A stretch of DNA of 64,000 nt, from assembly GCA_002189035.1 (NCBI GenBank), contig NEEC01000010.1, positions 2,666,001-2,730,000 on the forward strand. The letters run 5' to 3'. A program made the translations under genes and the position numbers. Every line of letters begins with the position of its first letter. Within the stretch, counting starts at the first letter, position 1. The notes below the pieces were generated by a model that saw nothing but the letters and a program-made list of their open reading frames with translations, ran no database searches and was not told where the DNA came from. The stretch is from Utricularia gibba. Taxonomy: Eukaryota; Plantae; Magnoliophyta. Of this stretch, positions 49,222 through 61,334 are shown one piece after another.

Positions 49222-49668
49222 TCACGGTGTCTCGCAAATGCTCTCCAAATGGGGTCGCCAAACACCGACACGGCCGCGCCGACGACGGGCATTTTTTTCC
49301 CGCGAAAAATTGCATTCATCGGATAACATGAACCGTGTCACCGGGATATCTCCGTCGCTGTAGCTTCGCCCATTTGGTTTCTTCCTCCTCGGAGTGGATC
49401 CCGTTTTCTCCGGTGGCAATGGAATGAGAAAATAGATTTCGCCTCGCCGGAGTTGAGCTTCCGGAGGCACCACGACGATTCCACGGCACATCTCGTCGTC
49501 GAAGGAGGGTTTCTTGAGGACGTGTTTGGGGTAAAGTTCCATGATATCTGCGGCTCTGACGCTGCCGGAGAGTTCTTGTAGACGGCCGTTGGTGTGCACT
49601 ATTCGGACCACGTCGAGCACGCCGAAGGGCATAATGCAAGAGATGAAACATCGGATCGAACTTCTCAT
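49222..49668 (-). CDS. PADRE-domain (DUF4228) protein, 148 aa
   Basis: MRSSIRCFISCIMPFGVLDVVRIVHTNG, AADIMELYPKHVL, PPEAQLRRGEIYFLIP, C-terminal WRPHLESICE. Confidence 0.9.
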   Translation of the reverse strand: MRSSIRCFISCIMPFGVLDVVRIVHTNGRLQELSGSVRAADIMELYPKHVLKKPSFDDEMCRGIVVVPPEAQLRRGEIYFLIPLPPEKTGSTPRRKKPNGRSYSDGDIPVTRFMLSDECNFSREKNARRRRGRVGVWRPHLESICETP

Positions 49669-52600
49669 GCCGGCCGGTGATTCTCGATCGATTCTCGCCG
49701 CACAGAACTGTGTGTATATGAAGAAGAAGAAGAACAAGATAACTTATTTTTTGAACAAGAAAAGAACATATGCTCTTGTACATAAACCAAGCAAGTGGGT
49801 GCGCCCCATGTTCTTTATATCCTGCCTAAATCTTCAAAACCTTATCTTTATTATTTCTTGTTTGGTATTATTAAAATATTCGAGTTATTTTCTATCAAGA
49901 TTTTAAGTATTCATAATAATTGAAAAAACAACAAAACAAATAATCTTAAAAATGTGAAAGCCTTAGTATCAGTAAAAGTAGTCTTCATTAGCAAACCAGG
50001 TGTCTGGCCTTCCACCGCGATCCATCCCTGAAAAGCCTATCGAAGGCAGCTGTCCCGACTCGTCTCCGGTCACCATGGCTCCGCTTGAGGTTGTCTGTTC
50101 TTGACCCAACTCGCACCGGAAAATGGCACACCGTTTTGGTGGCGGCGGGCCCTGATCCGGCGACGCATTGCTGAGTCTACCGTTATTTAAATTATTTATA
50201 TTTAAATATACGGAAAATAAGTATTTATTTGTGATATTTATTTAAGTTTTTGAGAAACATTTTTTATAGAAATATTTATAAATTAAAGTTTATGAATAAA
50301 CTATTAAGCAATAATTTTGTATGCATCAGTAGATATGAGTCTATACAGATTTTAAAAAACTCGTGTTCATCAAATCCACTAATTGTTTTTCTATCTTATA
50401 TCATGTATTAAAATATTTTTTAATAACGAGATTTGGATGAATGACAAAAGCGTATACATATTGCATATAATATATGGTAGTTAGATATATTAAATATAAT
50501 ATATTGATTAGGGTTTGATTAAGATCATGAAAAACACTTTTCGGACACCTGGTTCTGGAAGTTTCGGGAATCACAACATATAACTTCTAATCATTGTTTG
50601 GATGTATCTGTTAAAATCGGATTCAGGTAACAAACAATAATAACACAGAATCTTCTAGAAGCATTTAACAGAAACTGACCGTAAAAACAAAAAAAAACTA
50701 TTCATATGCTTGATATTAGGTAAATTGAAGTAAGATATTAATCGAATTATTTTTATAATGAATTAAATCTAATTAATTAGTTATTATTATAAATATTTGA
50801 AAAGGATCGACTGGCTGAAACGCCATTCGAGACCTAGTCATTGTCTGGTGGTGTAGGGCTATCAAGACATATCGTCGAATTAAGACATTATCAAATAAAA
50901 ATATGAAAATAAATATAATTATATATATTTATAAAATTATTGAATTAAAATCAAAAAAATCATGTAATGGAATTGAATGGAGCGGTCCAAGAGGTCATGC
51001 TCATCCGTCTTTTCCAACTGCATGTGTGTTGGCACGAGAAGATATGATCATGGCGGTCAAGTGTCCTGAATGCCTCTGCAGGCCCGTAGGGTCAATTAAT
51101 TAATTATTCACCTTGTCTTTAAATAAATAAAATAAAATAAAATAATAGCACGTTTTCCCTAATTCTAAACTTCAATATTCATACAACTTGACACCTTGTA
51201 TTTTCTAATCCTTGTGACGCGCATTTTTATCATAAAACAAGTTCTCTTTATTGAATTTTGATTTTTTTTATAATCTCTGAGCCTTGAGGACACAATCAGT
51301 ATCTTGTTTATCAAGTCGCCCTATGCCGACATCCGCCATGGGTAAAAATGGAACTATCAATAGCTTCTGTTAAATTTAATTAAACTATTATTATAAACGA
51401 TTCACGATGGGATTTAATTTTTAAACATTGTTTATAGTGCATTGAACGGAAATTAAAAAATGGCATTATTTCCATAATAAATGGTAAACAATATTTCAAG
51501 AGAAGTGGGGTAATAATCTTTATTAAAAAATTAAGATTCTTTTTTTTTTTAGATTCATCGGTGATGTGAGGATTCGCATTTTGCCCTAATCCAGCACACG
51601 TGCATTGCAGATTTCTTCCTTCTATATCCGTAATTTTTTTAATTAATTTGACATTTTACACCATTATTTTATTTTTTGAATTATCGATATTGTTTAACTG
51701 CAAGTTCGTTTTGTTTTTATATGATGACATATAATAGTGTACCTTATTTTTAATTTTATTATATTGAAATTTTTTGACTTAACAATTGAAACCATGATTC
51801 TGTATCTATATATTAAAATTTATGAACATATTTAATGCAATCCATTTATCCATGAATCCAAAGTATTTAATTCGCTTTAAGTATTCTATTCATTCGATAC
51901 TTTCTAGACGACAACAGAGCAATCACATGGTGCCGTGTAGCTTCAAGGACGAGCGTCCCGTGTCCGCGCGTCAGGCGTCGGACACAATCCCGGGGCGGTG
52001 GACCGCGTCAAAATACAGCGTGGCCGGCGCCAAACTTTGTCCTTTGCTCTACGTTTGACGACGATCACGCATAATTGGCACTAAAAGTTACATTGATTTT
52101 ATTTAAATTATATAATCATAATTACGTATTATTAATTTTTTTCAGAGTTAAAAGTAATAAAAAGTATTTTCTGATAAAATAAATAAGTAAATCAATCAAC
52201 TTCAGTTGTCTTCTTTGTTGGTGAAGATTTTATTAAGAGACTCACCTTCAAACATTCCAAAAAATGAAAAAAAAAACTTGGATTTTATTACAGCACGTGA
52301 AAATCGATTTCACCGATTTAGAATTAAAATGAGCTTTTCTTAATTTTGAATAATTGGAAATAATTGAAGCTATGGGAGAGAAGCCAACGTAACAACTCAA
52401 TAATTAAATTAGGTCAAGAGGTGTGGGGCCCAGTGTCATTAAAAGGGTTGGTTGGCAACATGTGAAGGAATGAGAAGGCACATGAACATCTTAATTTTTT
52501 GACAGCGCCATGGCCATGCCCAGACTCCTTACCAAATAGAATAATAATATTATTAATAAAAGTGTGGGGTTTATTTTAAAAAGGGGCAAATAAAGAATTC

Positions 52601-53532
52601 TAGGGTTGTGGAAAGTTGACCAACAGTCATTTCATTAAATACTAATCATAGTGACTTTATCTCACTTGTTTGGTTTGATGGTGCCATCTTTCTCACCTAT
52701 CAAGCCCCAAAATTAATAATATATCAAGGTTGTGTTTTAAATATTTCAATTTTATCTTGGAATTCATTACACTGAAAAGATGTGACGAGTTATTCTTATA
52801 TTATACGATATTATTCATTTCAAATATATATTTTTTATAATTTTATGTTTTATATAAAATTAGAAATTTTAATCTATTTAAACACGATTATTTCTCCATT
52901 AATAATCAATATAGTATACTATAGGTAAGCCCCTGACCTACCAAAGTTGTTTCACAAACTACATAATTAATCCTCATCCAACTGATTTTTTATATTTTGG
53001 ATTTTTTTTATAATAAATAATGTTACAATATAGTTGAATTTGGTGTGGAAGTTGTGACACAGGGCCCAAGACAAGGCTCCACAAACATTTACGCCTTGGG
53101 CTGGGCCTCATGGCATCCCTAGAACAAGGGCTATAATTGGCCCAAAGATTCTGATTTTATGCATGAATTTCATTTGTTTTCTATTCTAATAAATTCATTG
53201 TGCCAAAGGTATTTTGCATGTAAATTTATTCTCATTAGTATTTTTTGTTAATTTTTTAATTAAATTTAAGGCTATTGACCTTATTGTACATTAATTATAA
53301 AGTAGAAAGAATACATGTGATTAAATAGATAAATTCTTTTGATTTTATATTAAATTTTTTTCTCATGAAAAAAATAAAAACATGAAAATTAAATGTATAA
53401 TATCAGACAAATAAAACATGTATCATAATATTTATTATCATAAACCCGATCATATGTCACTGATAGTACAAGGTCAATCATCCTTTAAATCATGAATAGT
53501 TTATGCAAACAATTCATGGTTTTCTTCACCAT

Positions 53533-54837
53533 TTAAAATATAGTAGATGGAGAGGTGAAATTGAAGTTGGAGCATCTGATTCCGGGTCCAATGCGAAGCA
53601 GCGAGTTAGTGAAACCCAGCACACGGGATCGAAGGTCAAACTCCAGAAGATTGTCCTCCAGCTGAAGCCCACCGATGACGATGGCCGTCTTCGCATTTGG
53701 CCCTCCGTCCACGAAGCCCAGACACGCCACGTTTTCACTCACTTGCACCATTGAATTCGCCCCTGTAATCCTCCACTCCGCGACATCTTTTTCCCAAGTG
53801 ACATCCAACGTTAGCGCGATGTCGGGAACAGTAGCTATGGATTCCTTTCTCAACTTGAAGCAGGTGTCGAAGGGGGCCGTCGCCGGAACGACCCGAGTGA
53901 TGTTCCTGGCGCGTGCCGTGTGAATGAAAGCGGATTTTAACGCTCTGTAAATAGAGCTCTGCAGCACGGTGTAAGGATTCGAGGTGCTGATCTTTGTCCC
54001 TCCGTTCCCGTTTTTATTGATCGTGAGTAACGTGTTGTTGAGTCGGAGCCGGCGGTTATCGACCGTGATATCTTTTACCAAGATGAAGTATTCGGCGGAT
54101 TCTTGGGGCTGCGATACCGCCGGTGCAGCACTGACGGGGTTGGTGTACAGAGGAGTGTAGTATAGCCAGGGAGATACGTCTCCGTAGGGAGGGAAGTTGT
54201 ACGGCTCTTCCCCGAATGAGATGACTCCTCTGGCGTTGGTTTGGGATGGGAGACACATTGCGAATTTCCCGGTAGAGTTCAGAGCCTGTGACAATTGCAG
54301 GGGCACCCCAATTCCGGATTGGCCCAGCCCGAGCACGCCCGTGGCGCCATTGGAAAATCTCGTAATAAGCGCGTCATCGCCGCAGACGAAAACGAACCGG
54401 GGCAGAGCAATTGAGTTTCCATTGCTGGAAGCAATAGAGATGGTGTCCTGTGCGAGCTCGCCGTAGCTGGACATGTCGGTGAAGGGGTCATAAGGTAAGG
54501 TTACACATGCATTGTTATTGATCCCCGGCCTTGGGGAGGCTCCGGCCACCTTGCAGTTGAAAAGCCGGGAAGGGGAGCAGTAGCGGGTGCCGCAGTGGAT
54601 CGGTCTGTAGGAAGAGGACACGTAGTTGGATAAACAGTCGACCCACAAGTATGGCGATCCGAGGTCGACCACAAGGGTCACTCCGACGAACGGCGTCCTC
54701 TGTCGGAGGCGCGTGAGGTACTGACGAGTGGAGGCGTCTTTGGTGACGGGGAGAACCAGAGTTCTCTGGGCTTGCGCCGCGGCCCCAAGGAGGAGCCCGC
54801 AGAGTGAGAGAACGAGTAGAAGCAGAGCCTTCTTCAT
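53533..54837 (-). CDS. XEGIP/EDGP/basic 7S globulin-like protein (pepsin fold, non-proteolytic), intronless
   Basis: Signal peptide MKKALLLLVLSL, LVLPVTKD, VVDLGSPYLWVDC, GGTKISTSNPYT (second catalytic Asp replaced), IVIGGLQLEDNLLEFDL, CSNFNFT. An in-frame upstream ATG lies at 54858. Confidence 0.92.
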   Translation of the reverse strand: MKKALLLLVLSLCGLLLGAAAQAQRTLVLPVTKDASTRQYLTRLRQRTPFVGVTLVVDLGSPYLWVDCLSNYVSSSYRPIHCGTRYCSPSRLFNCKVAGASPRPGINNNACVTLPYDPFTDMSSYGELAQDTISIASSNGNSIALPRFVFVCGDDALITRFSNGATGVLGLGQSGIGVPLQLSQALNSTGKFAMCLPSQTNARGVISFGEEPYNFPPYGDVSPWLYYTPLYTNPVSAAPAVSQPQESAEYFILVKDITVDNRRLRLNNTLLTINKNGNGGTKISTSNPYTVLQSSIYRALKSAFIHTARARNITRVVPATAPFDTCFKLRKESIATVPDIALTLDVTWEKDVAEWRITGANSMVQVSENVACLGFVDGGPNAKTAIVIGGLQLEDNLLEFDLRSRVLGFTNSLLRIGPGIRCSNFNFTSPSTIF

Positions 54838-56380
54838 TGGGAATGCATTTCTCAACATGGAAGGCCGGTCTTATAGGCGCTGTAAAGAGGTCATCCGTAA
54901 CGGAGAAGGTAAAGAAGTCGCGTCTGCCGGCGGGGGGTATGCGCTGTCCCCCATTACGGTTAAAACAACAAGCCGACGAGGGGATACCACGGGCTGGTTT
55001 GATTTTCAGACAACAAAAAGATTGACCATTCAGATTCTTCCGACCATTCTAACATTCGTGGTGCTGTCCTCATATAAATTAATGTTGATACTAAATATAT
55101 ATTTGATTATTATCCAACATTTTTTAGGAACGCCAATTTCACATAATATAATTGTGAATGATATAAAATTAATGTTCAATTTTCGAATTTGATACAAAAA
55201 AAAAATGAATTTTGAAGAAAATTTAAAAGTATTTTATTTAATAAAAATCCGAAATTTGAAATTTCATCCAATTTTTAAACATTGAATGACTTATAATAAA
55301 ATAATGATTTTGAAATACCGGGGGAGTGGATGGATGGAGAACCGACGACCTTCTTCTATTCTACGGCTAGAAGATCAGTGAAGAACACCCAGGACTAGAA
55401 GCACACATGGCGGCGCGTGCTATTCACGCTGCATTGGGGATGAATGGAATTAAGTAGCGCGGTGGACTTGAGGCTGAGTAGTGCATCCAGGGCCCCGGCG
55501 CCCGGCTCAGCAGGAGAGGCCTAGCCTGATCTAACGAGTGCTAATTCCGTTCAGATTCATTCTAGAATGCCGCTGCCCTTGGGGGGATATTCGACGACAT
55601 CGTGCTATCGCTGGAGGACCGGCCTACGACCCGAATGCTGTAGGGTATGTTGGATCTTACATCGGACGTGCCTACTGTTTCAAGAAACGCTGCCGATAGT
55701 ACGAGGGGTCGATTGAGGGCCTATGGGATCTCAGGAACCAGATCAATTGAAGGTCTTCTTTAGGTTTGCATGCAATTGTAATGAATTGGAGGAGGTAGGC
55801 CATAGACCTACAAACACCTTTTTTTAATCGGTTTATTGAGTATTCATTCTTCCCGATCCTACAAACAACAACCCCTTGTTCAACATTGTTGTTTGTATTC
55901 GTCTTTATTTTACTGGGTGACTTTTCCGGGATTTGATTTTGCAGAGATTGTCTGGTTTTGTTTAATCGCATTAAGGGAATTTACCCTTTTTCACACATGA
56001 TGGATTCCAGTTACCTTTTTCTTTGGGTCATGAGTAACCGTGAAGTTACTTACTTTCATGAAATATGTAGGCAGATTTTTCCAATTTTTTTGGGTGGGAT
56101 TTGGTATGTCTTGAATCCTGTAAATGCAATAAGCGGCCTGCCCTTCTCTTTGCTGCACAAATGAACATATACCCGACACTCGACGGTGGTCTGTAGAACA
56201 GACTTCTCCAAAGGTAGGCCTTTCTAAACCCCTTTATTTCATATAAACGTTTCCTGTGCTTCTTATTTTTCTTTCATTGTCAGGAACGATTTCATTCTTA
56301 GTATATCAATTTACATCCGCTAGTTTGTTGTTAAATCTTACAGAATGTGAAGCAGAGAACTTTCAGGATTCAACCTTGAT

Positions 56381-57678
56381 ATGGAGCGTATGAAGCTTAA
56401 CCTTGATGCCCCGTTGATGTCTGCAAGGAAATACGCAAATAAGTGGCCTTTGAATCCCTCTGTAAATCAAAGAGGGAATGTGATCGAGAGTAACATTAAC
56501 ATTAAGCAGCAGTCTGGCAAGACGTGTGGCGTACCATTTAACTGGGAACAAAGCCCTGGAATGCCAAAAGATGATTTTCCCCTGGATAGATCATGGTATG
56601 CATTTAGGCGTGATTGCTGACAGGGTGCATAAATTCACTTCTGGTGAAGGTGCTAATATTGATCATAACATTTTCAGGGCCCAAATTGACGCCGAAAGCA
56701 GAGATGCACACTCCAATGCACTAGACGAAATTTCTCCACTAGAATCCGAGGCTGTAGGCAACTGTGTGAATCATGGTTTATCTGTGATTCCATCTGAGGC
56801 ATGTAGTGTTGAGACACAAACCAGAGACAGTGTGATGACGAGGCTTACTCAGGAAGCTGAAGCAGCTGTATTGGAAGCACCCTCGAACTCTTTATCACAT
56901 GAAAACCAGTTTGCAGGTGATGAAGAAAGTGAAGATGAAATCCCATCAACAAAGTCCGGGAGATCAGCTTGGGGACTTTTTCCCCTGTTTTCTGTGAAGA
57001 ACAATTTCTGCCTGATGAAACCACTTCCAGCAGTGAAACCAAACAAACGAGCAACATCTGTTCCTAAAGCTGTAGGTGGTCGAAGATTTGCAACAGGCGC
57101 AACTAGTGGGCCACTTGAACGGGTAATCTATTTACATATCAGCAACAACAGAGGTTTTTGTGCTTAATGAACTTGCTACATTTCTTGGATTATTGCAGAG
57201 TGGCAGTCCTGTGCATGTTCCCCTGAAGAAATATCATTCTGGGTTGCTCCCTAAAGACCTATCACTAATCGACAGTAAACTAAATTCCCATCCCCATCAG
57301 CCTATGAATTCCCAGGATCCAAACAAGCCAGCATTTTCTCGGCTGATGCATCATAGAAGCAGCAACTTATCGCCTTGTCGAAATGAATCATCAAGGTCTC
57401 CCCTTCCTGAAGCTGAGAGCTCGAATCGTAACAAGCTGTTCAATGCATCAAACAGCCATGTGAATGCTAGAGGACCAGTTCTAGCCAGAGAAGCAGTGGA
57501 GAAAACCGAGTACTCAGATGTGGGAATCAGACGGATGGAAAAACCATTACCCTTTGCACCACCACTACCAGATTCACCTTCTGAATCCTGGCTAGGGATG
57601 ACCACTCCCCTGAGATCCTCGACTTCACCCCGCCTCATTCAAAATTCAAATAACTGGATTCAGGGACCATTTTTTTAA
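56381..57678 (+). CDS. DUF688 family protein; exons 56381-56595, 56678-57122, 57199-57678
   Basis: KLNLDAPLMSAR, VPFNWEQSPGMPK, GLFPLFSVKNNFCLMKPLP, EKTEYSD, PPLPDSPSESWL; an 82-nt GT-AG intron joins the two listed ORFs in frame. Confidence 0.82.
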
Positions 57679-59105
57679 AAAGGTTTTTGAAAAAACTTAT
57701 GCAAAATTATTTAATTTTGTTTTTTAAGGCAAAATTATCTAATTTTGTGAGTATAGTGAAAAGTCATTGTGAATAATTCTGTGAAAATATATATATGATT
57801 TTTTGTTTTTTTTTTGAACAATTATTTTTTTCATTTAGTGTCATATTTAATCATATATAAAATTTTTGGAAATTGCATGATTTGTGAATCCGATTATTTA
57901 ATTATTTCACAAAATCTCACACGTATAATCTTGTTGGAATTATTCTGAAAATTAAATCGTTGGGGGTCGATTAGCTGTCATTATTTAATAATAATTCAAC
58001 AATTAGTATTTGAATAATTTTATTATGTGACTTATTAATAATAATATTATGTGATTATTTTTTTACTGATTGGGTCAACTAGATATTTTTTAATTTTATT
58101 TCATTGAATATTTTCTTATGAAGTTTTATATTAAATTTAATATGTTTAATATTTTTCTAAGAGTAAATTGAAAGCTACAAAAAAAAGAAAAATGTTTATT
58201 GATTTTTTATTTTCTTAAATTAAAAAACACTTATTTAGTGTTTAAATTAATTTTGAAACACTTTTGTAAAAGTATAAATTGTTTTAAATTTGATTTCACT
58301 TGTTTAAAAGTAAATTTTGATTTTACTCATAGGTGGGTCCCGCAATACTCCAATGGGAAAAATTGTGAAAAAAAACCAGTGAAACAAATAAATTTAATTT
58401 AATTCATAGAGCGGGTCCCACCAGAAATTAAAAAAAGCATCACAATTAATTGGACAACCGCATTTTAATGCATGGATTCCGATATTCCAACGACTACCAC
58501 CTAAAGACAAGAAAAGATGCAACACATATTCTATCAAGCCAAAAAAAATGCTGTCTTTTTTTTTTATAATTTTTGGGTATTAAAAATATTTTTAAATTCA
58601 CATCATTATTTCAAATACGCCCACGATAGTTGATGTGGCTCATTTACTAATTCAGTCATCCTTATCTTTTCTTTTTCATATAATCAAATAAAAAATTAAT
58701 ATTGAAAAAGAAGATAGTTCTTCCTTATAAACATCATGAACTACTGTTTCTCTATTTAAAAAAAATCAATAAAATTGGAGATACAAATTTAACTTATTTT
58801 TATCTTCAGTAAATTAAGTTCTAAGATTTTGAGGGCATTTTGTCACGCACGTGTTACATGAGGTTCACATTTGTAAATCATCCACCAATGCCAAAACACA
58901 GTAATATATGATACTCTACAGGCTAAGTACTCGCAAGATCTGACTCTGATGATCTAAAGCAAACATACAAAGGTCAGATCTTGAGTACCCAGCCCTTTGT
59001 CTAGAAGATTCTAGAAGTGGGACGGTAAGAATACTATTGTAAGAGGACGTATCAGCTATGAGGTCGAGTTTAAGCAGTCCTCGTGGAAGACCTAATCGCC
59101 TGGGT

Positions 59106-60429
59106 TTACGCAAGAGAAAGCCTCGTGTCGATATCGGAATGATTGCTGTGTTTGCTCCAATCATTGGGCTGGTTGTGATTACAAGGGCCAAGGCTCAAGC
59201 TGAGTTGCAGGTCACCCGTCACGGTGTCCGAAGGAACATTGTGCTGCTCCTTGTTTAGAGGCTGACACGTCAAAACTTCCCTTGGAGGCCATATTCTTCC
59301 ATGAGGATACTGGTTTGGTCTGGTGTCGGAGACCAGCCTCGAGCCGGGAAAATCACTTGGCTCGTGCTGAGTTTGATGCCTACAAGAGGGTTTCACTCAA
59401 GGTTGATATATGTGATCATTTCTGTATTACATGCACTGACACTGTTCTTTTACTTACCTAGAAGATAAGGATTTGAGGTCAAAAGGAAAGCGGGCATCAG
59501 GGTTTTGTGAGAAACTCCGGGGGCGTTCGGTGTAACGATTCGAATCCGGGTTCCTCACGAAGACGATGCCGCCATTCTCGAACTTGAGTTGATGCAAAGG
59601 GCTGCTGCTGCTGCTGCTGCTGCCGAATCCCATGTAGGGGGAGCCGAGGAATTGGTTGTGGCCACAAATGGCGTAGAACCTACTTGCTTGACCTATCACT
59701 GCATCATCATCTCTCTAATTGTTAAGGTTCGATGAGTAACTAGGATGGAAAAACAGATAGACAGAATAGGGAGAGGGTATTCGTTGCGTTGAATTGTTAA
59801 ATTTGGATAAACTGTCAGAAGCAAACATTCGAAATCATATTGAGTATGTCTACCTTTTCCTGATTCATCGAGCTTCTTACTCCGGTACATCTATGCCATG
59901 AATAAGCACGAATAACAAGGTCATTAGAGCATTCTGCAACTACTAGAAATGGGAAATCTCTAGTACAGTACCTGTAAGTGGCTTTTAACGTGGGAGATTC
60001 TGAGTCCTCTAACATTCATCAGCTGTAGCACAGCCTTGGGAGTTGCTCCTGTGTAGCAAATTAGTCTGAGATTCACTTCACTTGCAACAACAAGAACAAA
60101 TAAACTGAGGAATGAAACTGACTTTCTTGGCCTCCCAATCTCTCAATAGCGCCGACAAACGAGAGATGGAGTTCAGGAGTCCAACGCAGCCGCGGCATTT
60201 GTGATCGAATATACTGGCGAACATTGGACCTCCGATCTCTCCCTTCACGCGATTTTGAGCCAATTTCGATCATTTTTTCGTCCCCGTGATTCGTCTGCCA
60301 GCCGCCGATGGCATGGCTCCTGGTTTTTTCATTCAAGTCAATGGACGATACATCTTCTTCTCCTTCTTCTATTGAGTATGCTCTCAAGCTTTCAGTTTCT
60401 TCTTCTCCAGGTTTGTTGTTTTCATCCAT
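59106..60429 (-). CDS. GARP/G2-like (SHAQKYF-class) MYB transcription factor with EAR motifs; exons 60429-60123, 60048-59972, 59890-59854, 59692-59458, 59379-59106
   Basis: [75 protein letters not shown] and TRLSL motifs; (AGC)7 poly-Ser at 59601-59621. Confidence 0.92.
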
Positions 60430-61308
60430 GGAAGATGCAGATACTTATCCAACTTAACCTGCACAAAATCATGAAAAGGATATTCATTTACCTTTTGTGT
60501 TTCTATGGAATCCTAAAAACCACCGAAATTTTCCATCACAGAATTTTCAAGTGGTTCCGATGTGGGACATGGATATTGAAGGTAGCGACGAAGACGATTC
60601 ACAACACACGCAAACCAAACAAAACTCCCAAAGAATTGGTTTCACTTCAAACGAGAAGAAATAAACAAAAAGAGAAAACCAATACGAGCTTCTTGGAGAA
60701 TCAAACGATCATGATGAACAAGACAAGCGGAGTCAAACAAAACCCTAAAAAGATCACCTGTCGCACAAACAAAACGGTTCCCGATTCGGCTTTCGATTCG
60801 ATAGCGATCCTTAAATCGTTCCGGGGTTTCTGTTTTGAGAAAGACAGGACAAAGACTTGGGAAGTTGATACAAAAACTGAGGACAGAGGTAAATAGAGAA
60901 GGAAGATTCGCAAAACGGGCCACCGTTTGCCGTGTCGGCTGAGGGTCTGGTTTTAATTTCAGAGAGTTTTGTTGCTTGCAAGAAGAGGAAGGAAATGAAG
61001 TGAGAGAAGAAGAAGGTGTCCCTGCACCTGCTCCGGTCCCTTGGTCTTGCTGTTTGAAAGGTAACTTAAAACCCTTTGTTCAATTCAACTCATGGAATTA
61101 AATTCGAATGGTGGGATTAATTTATTCGCCACTTTCCTCAACTGCACTTTCATGCAAACCCCATGTCTTAATAATGTCAAAAGACAAAACCTACCACTTT
61201 CTTCGACCCTTCCCAGTACTTTATTCCTTCAAGAACAAGTTTTTCTTGCAAAATTTAGATGTATACCATGTTCTGATGCACCCGTGCAGGTAAAGTTGGG
61301 CATTGATG

Positions 61309-61334
61309 CAAGTCGGTTGCTTTGTACGTGTGGG
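61309..61334. promoter_or_regulatory. 26-bp module duplicated at 62476-62501 (DRE core ACCGAC plus ABRE-like ACGTGT) upstream of the GARP gene
   Basis: CAAGTCGGTT(G/T)CTTTGTACGTGTGGG, 25 of 26 identical between the copies. Confidence 0.5.

Noticed and set aside
50843-50866. GTCTGGTGGTGTAGGGCTATCAAG resembling the 5' end of tRNA-Val or a SINE head
   Set aside because: No anticodon arm, B box or 3' half follows.
56570-56680. Apparent frameshift in the DUF688 gene
   Set aside because: Resolved by an 82-nt GT-AG intron (56596-56677) that joins the frames.
60201-60896. 231-aa plus-strand ORF
   Set aside because: Non-ATG start, low-complexity antisense of the GARP exon 1 and pyrimidine-rich leader.
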